DNA of 64,000 nt from Malacoraja senta (Eukaryota): NCBI GenBank assembly GCA_038087875.1, contig CM075977.1, positions 118,296,001 to 118,360,000 on the forward strand, in the 5' to 3' direction. Of this stretch, positions 15,001 to 27,000 are shown piece by piece (position 1 is the first letter of the stretch; each line of letters opens with the position of its first letter). Below the pieces are notes generated by a model. The model was not told where the DNA came from. It saw only the letters and a program-made list of their open reading frames with translations, and ran no database searches. The translations under genes were made by a program, and so were the position numbers.

Positions 15001-18000
15001 CCATAGTCCCCTTTGCACAACTGTACTATTGACACTTTTGATTTTCCCTTCTCCCTCTCAAATTGTAGGTTAAAACTTATCATATTATGGTCACTACCTC
15101 CTAATGGTTCCTTTACCTCGAGTTCCCTTATCAAATCCGGTTCATTACACAACACTAAATCGAGAATTGCCTTCTCCCTGGTAGGCTCCAGTACAAGCTG
15201 CTCAAAGAATCCATCTCGGAGGCACTCCACAAATTCCCTTTCTTGGGGTCCAGTACAAACCTGATTTACCCAGTCTACCTGCATGTTGAAATCTCCCATA
15301 ACAACCGTAGCATTACCTTTGCGACATGCCAATTTTAACTCTTGATTTAACTTGCACCCTCTATCCAGGCTACTGTTTGGTGGCCTGTAGATAACTCCCA
15401 TTAGGGTCTTTTTACCATTACAATTCCTCAGTTCTATCCATACTGACTCTGTCCCCTGATTCTGTCACCCCTTGCAAGGGACTGAATTTCATTCCTCACC
15501 AACAGAGCTACCCCACCCCCTCTGCCCGTCTGTCTGTCTTTTCGATAGAACGTATACCCTTGAATATTCAGTTCCCAGCCCTGGTCCTCTTGCTGCCATG
15601 TCTCTGTAATTCCCACAACATCATACTTGCCAATTTCTAACTGAGCCTCAAGCTCGTCCACTTTATTTCTTATACTTCGTGCATTCATATCTAATACTTT
15701 TAATCCATTACTCCCCTCACCTTTCACATTGATTCCTATTTCACTTGGCCATATTCACCTATCCCTTCATGAGCTTTCTGCTCCATTAATTCTGGTGTCT
15801 TTCTTAATTTTACCTATACTATCTTTCCCTTTAACTCCATCCTTTTATTTCCAGTTTGTCTCCTCCACCCCACTAGAGTCAAGAATCAAAAGTGTTTTAT
15901 TGTCATATTTAGTTTAAACCCACCCGTGTAGCAGTGGCAAACCTGCCTGCCAGAATGGTAGTCCCTCGCCTGCTACCCGTCCCTTTTGTACAATTCATCC
16001 TTACCACAAAACAGATCCCAGTGGTCTAAGAATCTAAATTCCTGCTTCCCACACCAGCTCCTCAGCCACACATTCGGATCCCCTATCTCCCTGTTCCTGC
16101 CCTCACCAACACGAGGAACTGGAAGCAAACCGGAGATAACCACCCTGGAGGACCTGCTTTTCAGCCTTCTTCCGGGTTCTCTGAAGTCACGCTGCAGAAT
16201 GTCTTTCCTCTTCTTCCCGAAGTCATTTGTGCCGACATGCACTACCACCTCCGGCTGCTCACCTTCACCCTTGAGGATGCCCCGCAATCGGTCCATGACA
16301 TCCTGGATCCTGGCACCCGGGAGGCAACACCATCCTTGAATCCCGCCTGTTGCTGCAGAAACCCCTGTCTGTACCTCTCACGATGGAGTCCCCGACTACC
16401 ACGGCTCTGCCTGACGTCTGTCTCTTCGGCTTTTCTTCTGCGCCACATTTTGATACATCGCAGACCTGTGCCCTGCTTGAATGGCAGTGTCTTCTGTCCC
16501 GACAGCTTCCAAGAGGGTGAACCTGTTTTCAAGAGGTACATCCCCCGGGCTCTCTTATACTCCAAGCTTCCTTCCCTTCATCATCGTCACCCCCCTTCTC
16601 TCCTCCGGTACCTTCGGTGTAACTATCTCGCTGTAGGTCCTGTCCAGGAAACTCTCAATTTCCTGGATGATCCTGAGGTAATCTAGTTGCCTCTCCAGTG
16701 CCCCAACACTGTTCTTCAGGAGCTAAACCTGGACACACTTTCCACGGTTGTAGCAGCCAGAGGCACCATCAGTGTCCCTGACCTCCCACTTCCTGCATGC
16801 ATCAGCTTACCCGCTATATATTCACTACGCCTCACCCTCTACAACATTTGTCGTATTCTCCTCCCTTGGCCTCCTCGCCGAAGACTCTCGAGCCAAAGCT
16901 CACACTTTTCTCACAAGGCCCTTCTCTCGACAAGGCTGTTCCCCGACAGGCCGCTCCCCAAGAGCAAATTAGCTGATAAATTGCTCCTCAAATTAAATTC
17001 CTCAGCCAATCCCCGCACTCACTCCTTCACCTGGCGCTCCTCTGCTGACCTTGAAGGTATGTGTTGCAACTATTTATAATATTTTCCAAGCGGACCGAAA
17101 GGTATTTACAGATGTATCCTGCAGATATATTACTTTGGATTTAAAAACACAGGGCATATATACGATGGTGTTGATGAAATCACCCTGACCTGGAAAAAAA
17201 CAATAAAGCATCATGAAATCTGAAGTGAATTCAAATGTTTGATCATAATGTATACCTGAACTCAGTTACAACCTGCTGGGCTTAGGTTGGGTAGCCTGGC
17301 TCTAATCTGGCCATTGTCTGAAGAAGGATCCCAAGTCAAAATCCCTGTTCTCCAGAGATTCTGTATGACCCACTGAGTTACTCCAGCAGTTTATCTCTTA
17401 TGTTGTAAACCAGCATCTGCAGTTTCTCTAATCTAACCTGATAGTTCCCTTGGAAATGTTGTACATCATAATGAGAACACCTCTCATTTTTCTAAATTCT
17501 TGTAGGCATCGGCCAATCTTCTTCTATCTCCTTTTAGGATATCATCTGATCAATGAAAGATACATTGTTGGAGTAACCTTAGGGTCAGGGAAGATCGCTA
17601 GAAAATATGGATAGGTGAAGGTGGAGCAAACCCAGTTGGCCAGGCTATACTGTTAAATAGAAAATCGGAACTATAATCGCGATTAGCAGAAAAGACCAGT
17701 TCTGATGCAGAAAGAAAGAACAAAAACAAGTTACCCAAAGTTGGAGAAATCAATATTGAGTCTCGAAGATTGCAACATGTCCAGAAGAAAGATAATCTGT
17801 TGTTCCTCAAGATTGCATTGTACCTTGTAACTGTGCAGGCAGCTAGACCACCAAGACTGGGCAGAGTTGCTGCTGTGGCTAGCATTACTCTACATTTTCA
17901 ATACTGAAATCTCTGTTAGGCTAAAGGGCCTGTCCCACTATACGAGGTAATTCAAGAGTTCTCCCGAGTTTCCCCTGATTCGAACTCGGAGAATAGCCGT

Positions 18001-21000
18001 TCGTAGGTAGTCGGGGCTCTCGTGGACATTTTTCAACATGTTGAAAAATCTTCACGAGCTTACGGCGTTTTCCGAGTACCTGCCGTTAGCGTTATGAGCC
18101 GCTAAGAGACGTCCCGAGCTCCGACGTACCCTCTACGTACATTCTACGTACTTACCACGAGTTTGATTTTTTTTTTTAACTCAGGAGAGCTCTTGAATTA
18201 CCTCGTACAGTGGGACAGGCCCTTAACAATGCTCCTGTAAAATTTTTGTTTTCAAAACATGGATCTTGAAGACTTCAATGTTTTTATAAATCTGTTTGAT
18301 TGTGTAATGTTATTTATTTTATTTAGCAAATTGACAACAATTGCACCAGTAACCTAGTACTAAAATCCTTTACTAACTCCACAAATTGTTGAGAATAAAT
18401 CATCTTCAATTGAATAATCTTGCTGTGCTTTGGTGTAATCTCTTTGTGCATTATATTTATTTCACAGGTTGGAAGTGTCAATTTGAATGTGAAAGAAATG
18501 ATGAAAACCTGGACGCTGCAGACAGGATTCCCAGTCGTCACTGTTAAATTGGACACCACTGCTAATAAAATTCACCTCAGTCAAGAACGTTTCCTCAGGA
18601 TCGCCATTCCACAGAATTCGTCATCATCTTATCACAGGTAAAACCATGCTAGTCCTCAAATTCATTTTGGTGATCAGGAAGATTTTTCCCCAGAGATTCT
18701 AATATGAAGGATTTACAAATAAAACCTTTGTCAAGTGCTGCTTTTTTTACACCACTGATTTAAATTGGTCAACTTGGGACTCTGATTTGTATCTTATTGT
18801 CATTAGTTTTATTTGGACACTCTGAATGATAATCGATAATTTCAGTTGAAAGATATAATATTAGCACAGACTGGTCCAAGGATTTATTCTTCATTGTCAC
18901 AACTATCAACCTGAAAAGTGGACGGGGTCGGGGGATTAATTGGAGAAAATGTGGTGCAAGGAAAAACAAAAATTCATTTGGGGATAACATGGTCAAGTCT
19001 CCTTTGAAATATTGCTTGAGGTTTGACAAAAAATTACATGCAGATGTTATTCCGTTTACCATTTAGAAGTATGCTACCCTATAAGATAAGAGGGGAAAGA
19101 TTTGAAAGGGGTCTGATGGGCTACTTTTCTTGCACAAAGGGTAGTCCATATATGGAACAAGCTGCCAGAGGAAATTGTAGGGGCAGGTATAATTATAACA
19201 TTTAAAAGACGTCTGAACAATAACATGAATTGGAAAGATTTTGAAGAATATGGACCAATTGCAGACAAAATGGACCAGCTGCATTGGGTAAATTGTTGAC
19301 CAAAGTTGGCCCAACTTTTCCATGTTGTATGCTTCTATGATTCTATGATATTGTAATTTGATGTGTTATAATTAGTTTAAAAGGCTGGAATTCTTATAAT
19401 AGTGCATGGAAATTCAAACTCATTTGTATATCTTCCTTGGCATAAAAAGTTCTGCACTTTATAGAGACAATAGCTTTGTGGACCAAAGATAAAAGCTAAA
19501 TAATTTATTCTTGGCATTCTGTTTTCAGTTCATTCGGGATAAACTTTCGTAATCCCACAAAATTAAATTAATTAAAACTTGTATTTTACTTTTTAGTTAC
19601 CTGTGGCATATTCCACTGACCTACATCACCAGCAGCTGTAGTAACTATGCACAGCCTAAGTGCATCAAAAAGTGGCTCCTTAAGAATAAAACTGGTATTT
19701 TTTTCTTTTTCTTCAATTTAGCCTTTACTTGGCAACTTTTATTTTGGTGATCAAGAAGTAAATTTTACATGGTTTCTATTTTTTTAAATCTCAGATGTTA
19801 ATTGGAATACAAAAATATCCTCTGATTTGAATTACCTTGGTCTCAATCTTTATATAAATATTGGTATCTTTGTTAGCATTAAATAATTCACATTTTGAGA
19901 AATTATATTGCTTTAAACTGTTTGCAAGTATACTTTAATTCTTGGAGTGTTACTTGATGTTAAGAAGTTAATTTTTATACCAATATTTGTGCACTTGAAT
20001 AAATTTCATCCTTACGTAATGAAGCATGAACGAAAATTACTTTCTGAAATAAGGTAATTCGACTATTTTATCCATGCTGATCAAGTAATTGTATTTTCCT
20101 AGCTAAATTTAACTATTTAAGTGAATGCATTTATATTATTTCTATAGTCATTAAGTATATTGTTTGGGCTTTAATGAAATAAAACGTTTCTTACTATCAA
20201 TTAGATGAAAGTTAATTTATATGTTCCTTTGAGAATATAAAAAGAATAGCAGGAATAAGCCACCTGCTCCCTCAAGCCTGCCCTGCCATTCAAGTGATCA
20301 TTGTCTGATCTGCCCAGACCTCGGCTCCCCTTCTGTTCAATGTACTAATGATTTAATTAAAAGGTCATGACACTGTGCAATTATAATGGTTGTTAACAGA
20401 TTAAAAACTAGATTTCTGGGTTAGTGATTCGGGAGCATGAGTTTGAATCCCACTATAACTTCTATAGTCATACATTGTGGAAACAGGGCCTTCAGGACAT
20501 CTTGGACATTTCCACTAAAACACCGCATTTACACTAGGCCCACATCAGGGACGTGCGGTCAGGGGAGGCAGAGCCTCGCCTGTCATACTCCCAATGAAAA
20601 TAGCTGTTAAGAAAAGTAAAGAAAAATAATAATAATAATAATAAAATAAATATAAAGATTTTTCCACTGATCTGTTATAAATGTAATTTCTATATGAATC
20701 TAATTATTTTTTTAGTCAAAATCGCCAAATTTGCGCAGCTCCGCTGCAAATACAGGGAGGGATGAGAGGTGAGGCAGCGACGAGCTGAGCCTCCCCTCTG
20801 ATTGCGCAACCCCTCAGAAACTGGATGGAGCACGGGCAATAAGCGTGTGCCTGTTACTATCTCTGTGTATGTCACCAATGTAATGTTTGTAAACCCCTTC
20901 ATTACATGTCCTCGCCTTCCATAGTCCAGGTAGCTTATTTGACGTATAAATATATTAAATTTAGGCTCGCTGGTCTCGTCATAAAACTGCAATGAAAATG

Positions 21001-24000
21001 CACCAGGGGAGGCAGCGATCACATCTGCTTCACTGAGGGGGCGTGTCTTGAGCCCAGTGGAGGGAGAGCGAGCGTCAATTACATAGGCTCTGCCCACATA
21101 ATTGACGCTACCTCACTCTCCCTCCACGTTAGCTAGCTTCAGCAGCGGCGGCGCAGCACTGGACTCCACCGCTGGCAGCGCTGACTGGTAGGTTAATTCG
21201 TTGATATGTAGCGGCTGATTCGGAGGCTCTGGGCCTCTGAGAGCTCCCAATTGGGCCCCGCGCCTAAGGGAGCCCCGCGCTGGAGTAATGTACTCTCGGC
21301 TCGGGTAGATCTACCCCGGGTGGAGGGGGGAGAGAGGGGTGGAGAGAGAGTAGAGGGATGGAGGGGGAAGCAAGGGATAGATGGGGAGGGGGGTGTGAAG
21401 GGGAATGGAGAAGAGGGGGAGGTGGGTCATTCGCTCACGGTCCCGGGGCAACGCTCCCGCCCCTTCAGTCACTGTGCTTCACGCACACAGCCCCGGATAC
21501 ACCACTCTCTCTCCCCGGGGAGACGCGGTGATCAATACTGATACTAGCCAGTGCCTCCCCAGCCATTGACCTCACCGCACGTCACTGGCCCACATGCCCA
21601 CGTTTGGCCCATATCCCTCTGTCTAAACCGTTCCTATCCATGTACCTGTCCAAATGTCTTTTAAATGCTGTTATAGTAACTACCTCAACTATGTCCTCTG
21701 GCAGCTCATTCCATATAACCATCACCCTCTGTTTGAAAAAAGTTGCCCCTCAGGTCTGTAATAGATCTTTCCCCTCTCCCCTTAAACCTATGTCCTCTGG
21801 TTCTCGATTTCCCTACTTTGAACAAAAGATTCTGTGCATTTATCCTATTCCCCTCATGATTTTTACTCCTCTATAAGATCACCCAAAGCCTACTGCGGTC
21901 AACGGATTACAATCCTAGCCTGCCCAGCCTCTCCCAATAGTTCAAGTCCTGGCAACATCCTTGTAAGTCTTCTCTGCACTCTTTCTATCTTAACAACATA
22001 TTTCTTCTTGTAAGGTGACCAAAACTGAACACACTACTCCAAATGCAGCCTCACATATGTTTTGTACAACTGTAGCATAACATCCCAACTTCTGACTGGT
22101 GAAGGCCAATGTACCAAACGCCGCCTTAACCACCCTTTCTGCCCTTGGCACCACTTTTAAGGGACTATGTACCTGCACTCCTAAAACACCCTGGTCTATA
22201 ATACTCCCAGGGCCCTGCCATTCACTGTGTGGTTCCTGCTCTGGTTTGGCTTCCCAAAATGTTGTGCATCTCACTTAACTGCATTTAACCATCTGGGCTC
22301 TCACTGATACTACCATCTGCAAACTTACTATTGTGCCTTCAACATTCTTATCCAAATCGTTGACATAAACCATAAACAGCAATGGGCCCAACACCTATCC
22401 CTGAGACTCATCACTCGTCATCACTGGCCTCCAGTCAGAAAAATCCACCACCCTCTGCTTCCTTCCGTGAAGCCAATTCTCTATCCTGTCTGCTAGCTGT
22501 CCCTGGATCCCATGCGATCTAACCTTTCAGAGCAACCTACCATACAGAACCATCAAATGCCTTGCTGAAGTTCATACAGATTACATCTATAGTTTTGCCC
22601 TCATCAGCCTTTTAGATTACTTTGGATTTTCCTTAATATTATCGGCCAAAGCTATCTCCAGTCCCATTCTTTGCCCTATTCCTCCTTAAGTAAGCTCCTC
22701 AGTTCCCAAAACTCCTCCAGGGATACACTTGATCTCAGCTGCCAATACCTGTCCTATCCCTGATATTTTCTGCCCAATGCCCAATGTTTCTTTTCATCCA
22801 AGCTTCCTCACTCCCACTGTCCTGGTCCTGCACTCTAACAGGAACATGCATGCCTGAACTCTTGTCATAACACTTTTAAAAGCATCCCACTTTCCAAACG
22901 TTCCTTTGCCCACAAACAACTTGCTCCAATCAACTTTAGCAAGTTCCTGTCTATTACCATCAAAGTTGCCCTTGTTCCAATACAGAATGCTAAGTTGTGG
23001 GCTCTGCCTGTCTTTATTCTTAACTATTTAAAAACCAATACGACAGTGATCGCTGGTCCCAAAAGCCTTGTCCATGATTACTTCAGTCAATTGTCTTTCC
23101 CAATTTCCTGAGAGTATATCAAGCTTTGCCCTCTCCCTCGTAGGGCCCTCGACATATTGCATGGGGAAATTTTTCTGGACATATTTACCAAATTCCACCC
23201 TGTCTAAGCCCTTTGCACTATGACAGTCATAGTTTATGTTGGAAAAGTTAAGATGTCCTACTATGACAACCTTATTCATCTTGAAGCTGCCAACAATCTC
23301 CTGGCATATTTGTTTTTCTAATTCCTGTTGAATCTTTGGGGCCTATAGGACTCTCCCAACAAGGTGATTATCCCCTTTTTATTTCTCAGCTCCAACCATA
23401 TTGCCTCACTGGATGAACCATCAGTAAAGTCACCCCAGACTACTGCCATGAGATTCACCTTAATCAATAAAACATTACCTTCTCCCCTTTTACCCCCACC
23501 TTTATCTCACATGTGGAGTCAAGAGTCAAGAGAGTTTTATTGTCATGTGTCCCAGATAGGACAATGAAATTCTTATTTGCTGCTGCACAACAGAATATGT
23601 AAACATAATACAGAATGGGAGATAAAAATGCAGTGTGTTTATAGACCATAGACCATGTATACACAATAAATAAACAGTTCAGAGCTTATTTGATGTCGTG
23701 TTTAATAGCCTGATGGCTGTGGGGAAGATGCTGTTCCTGAACAGATTTCAGGCTCCTATACCTTCTTCCCGATGGCAAAGGAGAGATGAGTGTGTGGCCA
23801 GGATGGTGTGGGTCTTTGATGATGTTGGCAGCCTTTTTGAGGCAGCGACTGCGATAGATCCCTTCGATGGTGGGGAGGTCAGAGCCGGTGATGGACTGGG
23901 CAGTGGTCACAACTTGTACTCTGCACCTGTATGCTGGAATATTAAGGTGGCAGTCTTGTCCCTCTTTTAGCCAGGTTTCCATAATGATTACAATGTCCCA

Positions 24001-27000
24001 GTCGCACGTACCTATCCATCCCCTGAGTTCACCCGCCTTAACGGTCAGGCCTCTTGCATTCAATGCAACAGTCCTTCACGCTCTCTGCTGCGCTCCTGCC
24101 TATTCTATCCACTGAACTTTCTTTCATCACCTTCCATACTGATGACCAGCCTCTCATCTGCCATAGTCCTGCTTTGATTCTGGAAATTTAAAATTGAGGA
24201 ATTAAATGTGTGAAAGAAAGATTAGCAATGGCAACCAGAAAATGACTGGATTGTAATTCAATCACATATGATTCACTAATGTCCTTTGGGGAAAGTTGCT
24301 CTTTACCAATCTGCCCCATATGTTACTCCAGATACTCTATTGTGGTTGACTATTATTAACTGCTTGTTCCTCTCGGGAGCAATTCATAATAGGTAACAAA
24401 TGCTGGCATTACCAGTAATATCCATACCCCATAAATGAATAAATTAAAAAAATATATTATGTGGTTTGATATAATGCATGATCCTAGCAACACATTGAAC
24501 TTTCTATATATATTTCCACTACAAAGTTTATTTAATTGCTAATATTTCAGTCGGTTTATCTTGCATTGTCTTGAAAGTATTGATGACCCCACTATGTCCT
24601 GTGAAGAGAGAGTTGAAACCACATGACTAATGTTAGAAGTACAGCCCTATATCATATATTTTTTAAATTTGGTCTGCTTTAGTGACAGCATATTGGCACA
24701 AAACACTGAAGCTCACTAAGTTGCATAGCAGGGCAACAAAATCCATCTCAAAGGTCAAGATTCTGCACTTGACATATTGTCAATTACATTGGTCCTATGA
24801 TGGGCATGGACATTTTTTTACAGGGCAAGAACACTTGCCTCAAACCAGAAACATACAGTGCCCTCCATAATGTTTGGGACAAAGACCCATCATTTATTTA
24901 TTTGCCTCTGTACTCCACAATATGAGATTTGTAATAGAAAGAAATCACATGTAGTTAAAGTGCACATTGTCAGATTTTAATTAAGGCCATTTTTATACAT
25001 TTTGGTTTCACCATGTAGAAATTACAGCAGTGTTTATACATAGTCCCCCCCCCATTTCAGGGCACCATAATGTTTGGGACACAGCAATGTCATGTAAACG
25101 AAAGTAGTCGTGTTTAGTATTTTGTAGCATATCCTTTGCATGCAATGACAGCTTGAAGTCTACGATTCATGGACATCACCAGTTGCTGGGTGTCTTCTCT
25201 GGTGATGCTCTGCCAGGCCTGTATTGCAGCCATCTTTAGCTTATGCTTGTTTTGGGTCCCCTTCAGTTTTCTCTTCAGCATATAAAAGACATGCTCAATT
25301 GTGTTCAGATCGGGTGATTGCATCTTGCAGTGTAGCCTCTGTATTTCTGTTCGTGAAGTCTTCTGCAGATAGTGGTCATTGACAAATCCACCCCTGACTC
25401 CTGAAGAGTGTTTCTGATCTGTCGGACAGGTGTTTGGGGATTTTTCTTTAGTATAGAAAGAATTCTTCTGTCATCAGCTGTGGAGGTCTTCCTTGGCCTG
25501 CCAGTCCCTTTGCGATTAGTAAGTTCACCAGATGTCTATTTCTTCTTAATGATTTTCCTAACAGTTGATTTTGGTAAGCCTAAAGTTTGGCTGGTGTCTC
25601 TAACAGTTACTCTTGTTTCTCAGTCTCATAATGACTTATTTGACTTTCATTGGCACAACACTGGTCCTCATTTTGATAAACAACAATAAAAGTTACCAAA
25701 GGTGCTGGAAAGACTGGAGGAAAGACAGTGCTGGGAGCTCTCTTATACCTGCATTAAGGTGGCATTTAAACACACCTGAGCAATTACAAACACCTGTGAA
25801 GTCATGGGTCCCAAGCATTATGGTGCCCTGAAAGGGAGGGAGGGAGGGAGGGGGGGGGGGGGGGGACTATGTATAAACACAGCTGTAATTACTACATGGT
25901 GAAACCAAAATGTATAAAAGTTCCCTTTAATAAAATCTGACAATGTGCACTTTAATCACATGTGATTTTTTTTCTATTACAATATCTAAAATTGTGGAGT
26001 ACAGAGGCAACTAAATAAATGATGGGTCTTTGTCCCAAACATTATGGAGGGCATTGTAGACACATAGAAAATAGGTGCAGGAGTAGACCATTCAGCCCTT
26101 TGAGCCAGCACTGCCATTCAATGTGATCATGGCTGATCCAACTAAATCAGTACCCCGTTCCTGCTTTCTCCCCATATCCCTCGATTCCTTTAGTCTTTAA
26201 GAGCTATATCTATATCATAGAAAGAAAAAAACAGTCAGTCAGCAAATGATTGATACTGCATCATTAACATGTATTCAAAGGAGAGATTGCTGACATTCTT
26301 TCTGCAAGAGCAGAGGAGTTTATATTGGAAGAAGGGTTTTAAGTGAATGATCAGAAACTGGCAAAGAAATGGTTTGCGCAGCACTCTTTTGAGCTGCGCA
26401 AAGTGTATAATCTCATTTGAAGTTTGATTGATACATCCTTGATATCACTTTCTGCCAACTCATTTGTACCCAACTCATTTATACTTTAATCAGTTTCCCT
26501 TCCTTTTACTGAACCTAACAAAGAAGTTGGTACAACCTTAATTAGGCCCAGAGTCTCTATAGTGATCCTTTGAAGAATGGGGTCAACAAGCAGTTTCATT
26601 CATGGGGTCATAGTGCAGAAGTTAACCTTAGTCAATATTTATGCAGTAATACGGTGCAGTGAAAATTCTGTATTGTTAATATTTTCATGGTTATGTGCAG
26701 AATAATTAACGGTTGTTGGGCATGGTCTAGATAAATCAGTGATTCAGTAACTGGAGAGAAATGAATGTGCACTTTATTTTCCATTAGATATCATTGATCT
26801 TAAAGAGCCAAATGTGACCTGGGTGAAATTTAACATGAATATGACTGGTTACTATATCGTTAATTATGACAAGAGCAGCACAGAGGAATTAAATGAATTG
26901 TTACAAAATAATCACTTGGCTCTAAGTGATCAGGATCGAGCTGGCCTTATCAACAATGCTTTTGTGCTTGCAAGGTAATTGCTCCTTTTGACTCTTCAAT

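Noticed and set aside
13252-17010. CAGCCAAT as TSD of the long CR1
   Set aside because: The second copy may be a CCAAT box inside the CR1 5'UTR, and GC-rich element-like sequence continues past it, so the boundary is unresolved.
11250-18467. An ERAP1/ERAP2-type extra loop exon in this intron
   Set aside because: Flanking exons join in phase 0 and give LNPEP-like spacing (CMAK|VGSVNLNVK); no convincing candidate exon was seen.
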